Shown one piece after another: positions 15,650 to 22,727 of a DNA stretch of 32,000 nt. Position numbers and translations under genes: made by a program. This stretch comes from Pyrodictium occultum (GTDB lineage: Archaea; Thermoproteota; Thermoprotei_A; Sulfolobales; Pyrodictiaceae). Each line of letters opens with the position of its first letter. Within the stretch, counting starts at the first letter, position 1. The stretch covers positions 300,001 through 332,000 of the forward strand of contig NZ_LNTB01000001.1 in assembly GCF_001462395.1 (NCBI RefSeq), given 5' to 3'. The notes beneath the pieces were generated by a model. That model worked only from the letters and a program-made list of their open reading frames with translations. It did no database searches and was not told the DNA's origin.

Positions 15650-17020
15650 ATGACGGACAGGCGCGAGTTCCTTAAGGCCCTCGGCGCCGGCGTAGCCGGT
15701 CTCATAATAGGCGCCGGGCTCGGCTACGGGCTCCGGGGCGGCGGGGGCGGCCAGGCCGGGACGCTGACCGAGACCAGGACGGTGACCGTCACCAGGACGG
15801 CGGCCGCCGGGGCCCAGGCCGGCGGGGCCGGGGGGAGGCTCAGGGCGCTCTGGGTCTACGTGGGCCCCATAGGCGACTACGGCTGGACCCACGCGCACGA
15901 CGTCGGGAGGAGGAACGCTGAGAGGATTCTCCACGGCCTCGTGGAGACCAAGTACCTGGAGAAGGTGGCCGAGGACCAGGCCTACCAGGCTATAAAGCAG
16001 GCGCTCGAGCAGGAGCGCTTCGACGCCGTCTTCGCCACCAGCTACGGCTTCATGGACGCTGTGAAGAGGCTGGCCAGGGAGTACCCAGATGTGACGTTCT
16101 ACCACTGCAGCGGGCCCTGGGAGGAGTTCGCGGACCTGCCCAACGTGGTGACCTACTTCGCCGAGTTCTACCAGCTCTACTACCTCAACGGGATAGCCGC
16201 CGGCGCCGTGACCAAGACCTGCAGGGTAGGCTACGTGCCCGCCTTCCTGACCCCAGAGGTGGTGCGCCACATAAACGCCTACGCCATGGGCTCCGTCCAC
16301 GGCGCCAAGCTTATGGGCAAGTGCGGGAACGGGGAGAAGCTGGAGATCTATGTCTCCCCGCCCCTGCACGCCTGGTTCAACCCCGACAAGGCCCGCCAGT
16401 ATGCCGAGACCCTGATCAACCAGTACAAGGTAGACGCTATAGCCTACACCGAGGACTCGACGGCGGTGCTAGAGACGGCTGCAGAGTACGGGGTCTACAG
16501 CTTCAGCCACTACAGCAACATGCTCGAGTACTTCACCAAGGGGAAGGGCTCTTCGAGCCCTATAGCGAAGAGGATAGCCAAGTACCACCTCACCGGCCAG
16601 GTGGCCGACTGGACCCCGATCTACGTCTACCTCCTGGCCAAGAATATAACCGGGACGGCCAGGAAGGAGGACATCTGGGCCAGGATAGGCGACTTCGTCC
16701 CGATAAGGTGGAGGAGGCCGGTCAGCGAGTCCACGGCCGGCCGGCATGAGGGCGCTGTCTACCTGGCGCCCCTCAATACCCAGGCGATACCCGCCAAGGC
16801 CCTGGAGGAGATAAAGAGGCTCTACGAAGACATGAAGGAGCTGCTCTTCGAGCCCTACACGGGCCCGATAAGGGGCTACACCATAGACCCCGCGAGCGGC
16901 AAGAAGACCGGCGACGTGGAGGTCAAGGTGCCGCCGGGGACCCGCTGGGGCCGCAACGAGCTCTGGAGCCCCAAGACGATGAACTGGTTCTACGAGAAGA
17001 TAGTCACTCTGGCCGGCTAG
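15650..17020 (+). CDS. BMP/PnrA-family (basic membrane protein, nucleoside-type) ABC substrate-binding protein with a Tat signal
   Basis: MTDRREFLKALGAGVAGLIIG is a twin-arginine signal. It is followed by a Thr-rich linker (TLTETRTVTVTRT), then a BMP-like body (LWVYVGPIGDYGWTHAHD...). The track start at 15638 (GTG) is also possible. No permease or ATPase lies nearby. Confidence 0.78.
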   Translation: MTDRREFLKALGAGVAGLIIGAGLGYGLRGGGGGQAGTLTETRTVTVTRTAAAGAQAGGAGGRLRALWVYVGPIGDYGWTHAHDVGRRNAERILHGLVETKYLEKVAEDQAYQAIKQALEQERFDAVFATSYGFMDAVKRLAREYPDVTFYHCSGPWEEFADLPNVVTYFAEFYQLYYLNGIAAGAVTKTCRVGYVPAFLTPEVVRHINAYAMGSVHGAKLMGKCGNGEKLEIYVSPPLHAWFNPDKARQYAETLINQYKVDAIAYTEDSTAVLETAAEYGVYSFSHYSNMLEYFTKGKGSSSPIAKRIAKYHLTGQVADWTPIYVYLLAKNITGTARKEDIWARIGDFVPIRWRRPVSESTAGRHEGAVYLAPLNTQAIPAKALEEIKRLYEDMKELLFEPYTGPIRGYTIDPASGKKTGDVEVKVPPGTRWGRNELWSPKTMNWFYEKIVTLAG

Positions 17021-17023
17021 CCC

Positions 17024-17051
17024 GGGGAGGGGCCTCTTTTTCACCCTCCCC
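17024..17051 (+). terminator. Hairpin with an internal T5 run just after the BMP gene stop
   Basis: ggggaggg (17024-17031) pairs with ccctcccc (17044-17051). The loop gcctctttttca contains the T-run (17037-17041) typical of archaeal termination. Confidence 0.5.
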
Positions 17052-17086
17052 CAGCGCCCTCTAACACCCCCGGTGTAGGCCTCGCC

Positions 17087-17965
17087 TTGAAGGGGGACGC
17101 GGCTGGCAGCATCATATCGCTGCTCTTCTGGCTGCTCCTGCTGATAGCGCTGATGGAGCCCGCGCTCAGCGTGCGCAGGCTCCAGGCGGCCAGGCTCTCG
17201 CTGATAAAGAATATGGAGAGGAAGTACGGCTGGCGCGTGGTGACGATGATACACAGGGAGGAGAGGGTCACGTTCTTCGGCATCCCCCTGCAGAGGTTCA
17301 TAGACATAGACGACTCGGAGGCGGTGCTCCGCGCCATAAGGACGACCCCGCCCGACAAGCCGATAGCGCTGATACTCCACACCCCCGGCGGCCTGGTGCT
17401 GGCGGCAAGCCAGATAGCGATGGCCCTGAAGAGGCACCCGGGGCGGAAGATAGTGATAATCCCCCACTACGCTATGAGCGGCGGCACCCTGATAGCGCTG
17501 GCCGCCGACGAGATACTGATGGACCCGAACGCGGTGCTGGGGCCCCTCGACCCCCAGCTCTCCCTGGGCCCCCAGGGGCCCGTGGTGCCGGCCCCCAGCG
17601 TGCTCCGGGCCGCGGAGGTTAAGGGCGACAAGGCCAGCGACACAACGCTCATAATAGCTGATATAGCGAGGAAGGCTATAGCGGAGATGCAGGAGACAAT
17701 AGTAGAGCTGCTCCGCGACAAGATGGGCGAGGAGAGGGCCAGGGAGATCGCCAAGACGCTGACGGAGGGCAGGTGGACCCACGACTATCCGATAACCCCG
17801 GAGAAGGCCAGGGAGCTGGGCCTCCCGGTGAAGACCGAGGTGCCCCCGGAGGTCTACGAGCTGATGGAGCTCTATCCCCAGGCGCCGGGCAACAGGCCAG
17901 GCGTCGAGTTCATCCCGCAGCCGCTGCCCCACCAGCCGCCGCACCGGGGCCACAGCGGCAAGTAG
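17087..17965 (+). CDS. Membrane-anchored ClpP-fold serine protease (SDH / DUF114, NfeD/SppA-like)
   Basis: N-terminal TM (IISLLFWLLLLIALM), then the family core VVTMIHREE..., ILHTPGGLVLAASQIA, IIPHYAMSGGTLIALAADEILM. TTG start. Confidence 0.72.
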   Translation: MKGDAAGSIISLLFWLLLLIALMEPALSVRRLQAARLSLIKNMERKYGWRVVTMIHREERVTFFGIPLQRFIDIDDSEAVLRAIRTTPPDKPIALILHTPGGLVLAASQIAMALKRHPGRKIVIIPHYAMSGGTLIALAADEILMDPNAVLGPLDPQLSLGPQGPVVPAPSVLRAAEVKGDKASDTTLIIADIARKAIAEMQETIVELLRDKMGEERAREIAKTLTEGRWTHDYPITPEKARELGLPVKTEVPPEVYELMELYPQAPGNRPGVEFIPQPLPHQPPHRGHSGK

Positions 17966-17997
17966 GCGGCCCCTCCAGCCCCGCGGGGATAAGGGGG

Positions 17998-18468
17998 TTG
18001 CAGCTGGTCCTGCTCGCGGGCTCGGGCAGCGGCGTGGGGAAGACGCTGCTGGGCACGATGCTCGTGGAGGAGCTTAGGCGCCGGGGGCTGAGGGTGGGGG
18101 TGGTAAAGCACGTCCACCACGGCGTGGACTATAGGGTGAAGGACACTGGCCGCTACCTCGAGGCCGGGGCCTCCAGGGTGGTGGCGGCGGGGCCCGGCGA
18201 GTACATGCTCGTCGAGCCCGCGGCGCTCGGCTTCTGGGACGCCGTCAGGCTCCTCGGGGAGGTCGACGTGGCCGTGGTGGAGGGGTTCCGCCTCCACATA
18301 GGCGAGGCCGTCTCGAAGGGCGGGTGCGTGGTCTATATAGACGCCTCCAGGGCCGAGCCCCTGGCCAGGGGGAGGCTGGTGGAGGCCTGCCCGGGCTGCC
18401 TCGGGGCCGCGCTGGAGGCGGTCCTGGGCCTGCTGGGGGAGGGGGGCTGCAGCGTCGGGGAGGTGTAG
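17998..18468 (+). CDS. mobB: Molybdopterin-guanine dinucleotide biosynthesis adapter protein MobB
   Basis: (L)QLVLLAGSGSGVGKTLLGTMLVEEL (P-loop), GVVKHVHHGVDY..KDTGRYLEAGA. I trimmed the track ORF (17773) to the in-frame TTG at 17998, because the upstream part overlaps the protease gene. Confidence 0.72.
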   Translation: MQLVLLAGSGSGVGKTLLGTMLVEELRRRGLRVGVVKHVHHGVDYRVKDTGRYLEAGASRVVAAGPGEYMLVEPAALGFWDAVRLLGEVDVAVVEGFRLHIGEAVSKGGCVVYIDASRAEPLARGRLVEACPGCLGAALEAVLGLLGEGGCSVGEV

Positions 18469-18472
18469 CGGC

Positions 18473-19315
18473 TTGCCCGCGCCGGCGGGGGCCCTGGGGC
18501 TGGCCTCCAGGATACTCGAGGAGCTGGACAGGGGCGAGGAGCTGGCCTCGGGGACCCGCACGCTCCGGCTGCACTCGCTCCTCGTAGCGCACTACGCCTC
18601 CCTCATAGCCTCCAGGCTCGGGCTGGACCCCGTGGCCTACTACCTGGCCGGCCTCCTCCACGACTACGGGAAGCTCGAGGCCCGTGAGAGGGGGCTCGAC
18701 GAGGACGAGTACACCGCCGAGAAGGCCGCGGGGCTCCTGGAGGTGCTAGGCGCCCCGGAGGAGCTGGCCCGCAGGGTGGCCGGGATCCTCCGCAGGGGCG
18801 CCCGCCGCGACCCCGTCCTCGGCGACGCGGATGTGCTGGCCAAGCTCGGGCTCCAGGGGGTGGCCCAGTTCATAGCGAAGTGGACCGCCCGGGGCAGCAG
18901 CCTGGCGGAGATGCTGGTCGAGGGGCTCCCCAGGGAGCTGACCGTGGCGCTCAACCCCCGCCTCTACCTCTGCACCGGGCCTGCGAGGGAGGCCGGCGAG
19001 CGGCTCGCCGGGGAGGCGGTGGAGGCCTACACCCGGCTCCTCGAGGAAGCCGAGGAGGCGCTGGGCCTGGGCCTGCGCCTCGTCGAGGAGAGGGTGGAGG
19101 GGGTGAGAGCGGTCTTCGTGGCCGTCGAGAGGTGCCCCCGGTGCCTCTCCCCCGGGCTGGAGAGGAGGCTGGAGCCCCACAGGGGCAGGCTCTGCAGGGG
19201 GCTCAGGATGGTGCACCGCTGCCCCCGCTGCGGCTGGGCCGGGCGCGGGGGCGTCTGCCTGCCATGGAGGCGCTGCGGGCCGGGGGAGCCCACAACAACC
19301 CCCGGCCCCGCCTAG
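18473..19315 (+). CDS. HD-domain phosphohydrolase with a C-terminal CPRC...CPRC zinc ribbon
   Basis: LRLHSLLVAHYASLIASRLG...YLAGLLHDYGK gives the H...HD metal site. The C-terminal RCPRCLSPG...HRCPRCGW supplies four Cys. It lies 4 nt after mobB and 21 nt before moaDE. Confidence 0.62.
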   Translation: MPAPAGALGLASRILEELDRGEELASGTRTLRLHSLLVAHYASLIASRLGLDPVAYYLAGLLHDYGKLEARERGLDEDEYTAEKAAGLLEVLGAPEELARRVAGILRRGARRDPVLGDADVLAKLGLQGVAQFIAKWTARGSSLAEMLVEGLPRELTVALNPRLYLCTGPAREAGERLAGEAVEAYTRLLEEAEEALGLGLRLVEERVEGVRAVFVAVERCPRCLSPGLERRLEPHRGRLCRGLRMVHRCPRCGWAGRGGVCLPWRRCGPGEPTTTPGPA

Positions 19316-19336
19316 GGGGTTCCGGGCCTGGCAGCT

Positions 19337-20002
19337 ATGCGCTGCAGGGCAAGGGTTGTGGGGCTTGTGGACGGCCGCCCCGTGGACGGGGAGCGGGCCG
19401 CCGAGGCCTCCACCGCGGGGGAGCTACTCGAGGGCCTCGGGCTCCAGGGGAGGGCCGCGGTCTACGCCTCGGGGAGGAGGCTGGAGCCGGGCGACAGGCT
19501 CCCGGAGGGCTGCAGGGGCGTAGCGGTGCTGGCGCCCCCGCCCGGGGTGCTGGTGGCGAGGCTCGCCGGGCCCGGGGAGAGGGTGGACCTGGACCAGCTG
19601 GCCGGCCTCATGGCAGCCCGCGCGGCCCTTCTCGGCGGGGGAGCCCTCGTAGCCTTCATGGGGTTCGTCAAGGGCGTCGTCGACGGCGCGGAGGTGGCGA
19701 GCCTGGAGTACGAGGCCGTGGAGCCCCATGCCTCCAGGAGGCTGCGCGAGCTGGCGGAGCGCTACGCCTCGGCCCCCGGCGTGATAGACGTGGCGGTCAT
19801 CCACCACTACGGGCCCCGCCGGCCCGGCGACCCCACGGTCTACGTGCTCGTCACCGCCGAGACCCGGGGCGTAGCCTTCCACGCGGCCGCCCTCCTCCTC
19901 GAGGAGGTGAAGCACCGGGCCCCCATCTACAAGCTGGAGCGCCGCAGCGACGGGGACTACTGGGTCCTCGGGGACGGGGCCCGCCTACCCCGCAGAGGCT
20001 AG
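19337..20002 (+). CDS. moaE: Molybdopterin synthase: MoaD/ThiS-like beta-grasp fused to the catalytic subunit MoaE
   Basis: The first about 70 aa are beta-grasp-like (VDGRPVDGE..AGELLEGLGL....RLEPGDRLPEGCRGVAVLAPPPG). The MoaE part follows (GALVAFMGFVKG...VASLEYEAVEPHA..., VIHHYG.RRPGDPTVYVLVTAETRGVAFHAA..LLEEVKHRAPIYKLE). Confidence 0.78.
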   Translation: MRCRARVVGLVDGRPVDGERAAEASTAGELLEGLGLQGRAAVYASGRRLEPGDRLPEGCRGVAVLAPPPGVLVARLAGPGERVDLDQLAGLMAARAALLGGGALVAFMGFVKGVVDGAEVASLEYEAVEPHASRRLRELAERYASAPGVIDVAVIHHYGPRRPGDPTVYVLVTAETRGVAFHAAALLLEEVKHRAPIYKLERRSDGDYWVLGDGARLPRRG

Positions 20003-20289
20003 CCCCTCCACCGCCCCGTGGCCAGCCTCTCGACCGCCTCGACGAGCCTCTCCACGAGCCCCAGGGCCTCCTCCTATCAACCAGGCCCTAGACCCGCTCA
20101 GCGCGGCGTAGCCACTCACAGCCAGCCCCGCCGCCCGGACCCCGCTCCGCAGCCCTCCCCGCGTCACCCCGCGCCAGCGCCTCCCGCGCCTCCCCAAGAG
20201 CCAGCCGGGCGGCCTCCACCAGGCCCCGCGCAGCAACCCCCCGGGGGCGCGCCGCTGAGGAGGGAGAGCACGTACTCGTCAACACTCAT
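19999..20289 (-). pseudogene. Decayed PaREP1/HEPN-like helical protein gene (at least two frameshifts)
   Basis: Minus-strand pieces in three frames join into one helical protein: MSVDEYVLSLLSGAP / RGVAARGLVEAARLALGEAREALARGDAGRAAE / RVRAAGLAVSGYAALSGS / EALGLVERLVEAVERLATGRWRG*. The L..A...L..GD...AAE...A core resembles archaeal PaREP1/HEPN proteins. The family assignment comes from pattern memory only. Confidence 0.35.
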
Positions 20290-20860
20290 GCCCAGCCCCT
20301 CCGCCGCCCCCGAGGGCTTGAAGCAGGCTACGCCGGAGGCCCCAGCTCCTCAGCCCAAAACCCTAGCCCACAGCCAGCCCTCCCCATCGGGGACGGGCGC
20401 GAGCAGAAGCAGCCGGCCCCAGCCACACGCCCCCTCCTCCCCGCTAGCCTCCCCGCCCACAGCAACCCGGAGCGGGGGCGCAGACACCTCGAAGGGAGGC
20501 CCCACCACACGCCCCAAGCCCAGAGGACAGCCGGCAGCACGAAGAACAACAACCTCCCCACGCCCACGCAGCACAAGCCGCATACCAGGAGGCTTCACAG
20601 CAAGCCAGCCAGCACCAAGAGAGAAGCCGTTAGCCCACACAGCACCACGCAGAACTAGAACAAGAACACAGCCACCACGCCCAAAAACAACACTATCCCC
20701 ACCAAGACCCAGAAGCCTAGCCAAACCATCCCTAACGAGACCAGCCAGGGATAATACCCAGCCACCCCCGCAGCCACAGCCACACCAGGAGCCACAAAAA
20801 GCCCCCTAGTAAACCAAACGCTCAAACCCCCAACCCATCCACAGCCCCCACCCCAGCCAG

Positions 20861-20953
20861 CTTCCAATTCCATTTATTTGATTCCGAAGAGCGAGAAGGA
20901 GCGCGCCTGCTCCTCCGAGCCGTAGTGCTCCCGATTCTATCAATTCCTCTTCG
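20861..20953. promoter_or_regulatory. AT-rich core with four RATTCY direct repeats and a small GC hairpin (candidate bidirectional promoter or unwinding element)
   Basis: cttccaattccatttatttgattccgaa (20861-20888) is the most AT-rich tract I see in the window. Repeats: AATTCC 20866-71, GATTCC 20880-85, GATTCT 20933-38, AATTCC 20942-47. A hairpin ggagc/gctcc spans 20898-20913. Confidence 0.35.
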
Positions 20954-21280
20954 TTTAGGCTCCGCTCCGTTTCTGCTCCTGACTCCCGTGTTTTGGGGTT
21001 GTGGGTGGTTGCTCCTCGGCCTCGTACTCGGGGCATGTGCTTTGCTACGTGGCTCCATCGCCGGGCATCGGTGTTGGCCCGTGTTGCCAGAAGGGGGCTT
21101 CATTGCTCTATAGCTCTGCCTACCCGCCGGGCTCCGCGCCTCACGCCCCAGCCGCCGTGGCCGGGTGCGGGGCCGGCAGCCCGCGCCGCCGGGCCAAGGA
21201 TAGGGACCAGCCCTCCTCCCAGCCTCCACCCAGATCTCGGGTTCCTACAGCGCCTGAATCCAAGCAAAGCAAAGAGAATT

Positions 21281-21302
21281 GGGAGAGGGGGTTGGGTGTG
21301 GG
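21281..21302 (+). other. Canonical G-quadruplex motif (G3+N1-7)x4
   Basis: gggagagggggttgggtgtggg has G-tracts of 3, 5, 3 and 3 with loops AGA, TT and TGT. A mirror-positioned motif lies on the minus strand at 20827-20854 (GGGG T GGGGG CTGTGGAT GGG TT GGGGG). Confidence 0.5.
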
Positions 21303-21371
21303 CTGGTGCTTCTGCTGGGTGCTGTGTTGCCGGTTCTGTGCCTCCTCATCCTCTCTGCGGTGGGGGTTGTC

Positions 21372-22670
21372 TTAGCCGTGGTTTGTGGGGTTTTTGTTGC
21401 CGGTTTTTGCCTCGCCTCTTCCTAGGAGACGGTGGGCTCTGGCTAGCTCGTTGGCTGCTAGGGCTGCTAGGAGGTTTAGCTCTCCTGCTAGTACTGCTGC
21501 TGCTGTTACCTCTGCTAGTTTCTTGGCGTTGGCGCCTGGGGGGTTTCCTCCACCGGCTGCTCCTAGGAGGGCTAGGGCTTCCCGCTGAGTCGGGAGCCTT
21601 GTTCCGCCTCCGACTGTGCCTAGCTCGAGGCTGGGGAGGGTTACCGATATGTAGAGGTCTCCGTTTCTCACCTCGGTCCAGGTGTAGCCCATGCTGCTCT
21701 CCACTACCTGTGCCACGTCCTGGCCGGTGGCGATGAATATGGCTGCTATTATGTTGGCGTAGTGGGCGTTGAAGCTTGGGCTTCCCGCCCTGGCGCTGCC
21801 GAGGAGGTTCTTTACCCTGTTCACTGTGTCTATGTCCTCGGGCGCCGCCTTCAGCACCCTGAGGGCTATGTCCCGCTTTATGGTGGCTTCTGCTACCACT
21901 GTCTTGCCGCGGCCTAGGATCGCGTTGAGGAGGGCTGGCTTCTTGTCGGTGCAGAGGTTCCCGCTTATTGCTATCAGCTTCGCCTCGCCGGGGTAGTTGC
22001 GGAGTATCCACTCGGCCGCCTTGTCGGTCGCAATGGTTGCCATGTTCATGCCCATAGCGTCGCCGGTGCTGTAGACGAAGCGGAGCCAGACTATGTTCCC
22101 GGCTATGAAGGGCTGGATCTCGAGCAGCCTCCCGTGGCGGGTGGTGGACTCGGCCTCCCTCCGCACCTCCTCCATGTGCTCCTGGACCCATTCGGCGAGC
22201 CGGGCCGCCTCCTCCACCCCGGGGGTCCAGAAGACGGGGGCCCTGGCCATCCCGTCGCGGAGCACCCGGGCCCGGGCCCCGCCGCTCAGCGTCACCGCCT
22301 TGGCCCCGCGGTTGACGCTGGCCACCAGCGCGCCCTCGGTGGTGGCGAGGGGGATGTAGAAGTCGCCTCGGGCGTACTCGCCGTGGACCCGGAGGGGCCC
22401 GGCGACCCCCAGGGGGATCTGGACCGCGCCTATGGGGTTCTCTATGTTCCTCCCCACCAGCTCCTCGAAGTCGAGGATGGTGCTGCCGATGCTCGAGAGC
22501 CCGACGCCCAGCATCCTCTCCAGCGCCAGCCTCCGCGCCAGCGCGGCGGCGTTGGCGTTCCCCAGCAGCCGGTCGGCCTCGTGGAGCCGGATCCTGCCCT
22601 CCACTATGCCCTGGACTACCTCCTCGAGCCTATCCCGGAGGGAGCGCTCCTCCCCCAAGGAGCGGTGCAC
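21372..22670 (-). CDS. hmgA: 3-hydroxy-3-methylglutaryl-CoA reductase (class I, archaeal)
   Basis: [48 protein letters not shown], ...GTVGGGT.... 432 aa, 57 nt downstream of the DUF35 gene. Confidence 0.92.
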   Translation of the reverse strand: MHRSLGEERSLRDRLEEVVQGIVEGRIRLHEADRLLGNANAAALARRLALERMLGVGLSSIGSTILDFEELVGRNIENPIGAVQIPLGVAGPLRVHGEYARGDFYIPLATTEGALVASVNRGAKAVTLSGGARARVLRDGMARAPVFWTPGVEEAARLAEWVQEHMEEVRREAESTTRHGRLLEIQPFIAGNIVWLRFVYSTGDAMGMNMATIATDKAAEWILRNYPGEAKLIAISGNLCTDKKPALLNAILGRGKTVVAEATIKRDIALRVLKAAPEDIDTVNRVKNLLGSARAGSPSFNAHYANIIAAIFIATGQDVAQVVESSMGYTWTEVRNGDLYISVTLPSLELGTVGGGTRLPTQREALALLGAAGGGNPPGANAKKLAEVTAAAVLAGELNLLAALAANELARAHRLLGRGEAKTGNKNPTNHG

Positions 22671-22727
22671 ACCCTCGGCTGGCTGGGGCGCCGTGGAGGT
22701 ATTAGGCGTGCCCCGGGGGCCGGGGGC

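Larger units (their letters stand above)
20290..21371. other. Gene-less, compositionally aberrant zone containing a strand-composition switch point at about 20,880-20,920
   Basis: On the left the + strand is A+C-rich and nearly T-free. On the right it is G+T-rich and nearly A-free. All ORFs here translate to composition-driven low complexity (P/T/S/Q/R or G/V/L/W/C). Confidence 0.6.

Noticed and set aside
16469-20091. The 494-aa ORF at 16469..17953 (-) and the 403-aa ORF at 18880..20091 (+).
   Set aside because: They lie antisense or out of frame to well-supported genes (BMP protein, protease, HD protein, MoaDE). Their translations are R/G/P/L/H-rich with no domain signatures.
20018-20809. 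A 263-aa Pro/Thr/Ser/Arg/Gln-rich ORF that could be read as a mucin-like or low-complexity surface protein. An 81-aa look-alike lies at 6692..6937 (-).
   Set aside because: The strand is almost devoid of T, so stop codons cannot occur and all three frames are open. The amino-acid content is what A+C-rich DNA encodes by default. There is no signal peptide, no periodicity and no plausible start context.
20800-21000. A bona fide chromosomal replication origin at the skew switch.
   Set aside because: I see no ORB/mini-ORB dyads of the TCCAnnGGAAA type, and the TTCCA elements are direct repeats, not inverted ones. There is no orc1/cdc6 or whiP gene nearby. A second switch of the same kind lies only 14 kb away, which is implausible for two origins. 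I keep it as one hypothesis in the findings and do not call it a feature.
20991-21010. Telomere-like T4G4 / TTGGGG strings (ttttggggttgtgggtgg).
   Set aside because: It is a single occurrence with no tandem repetition, as expected in G+T-rich sequence.
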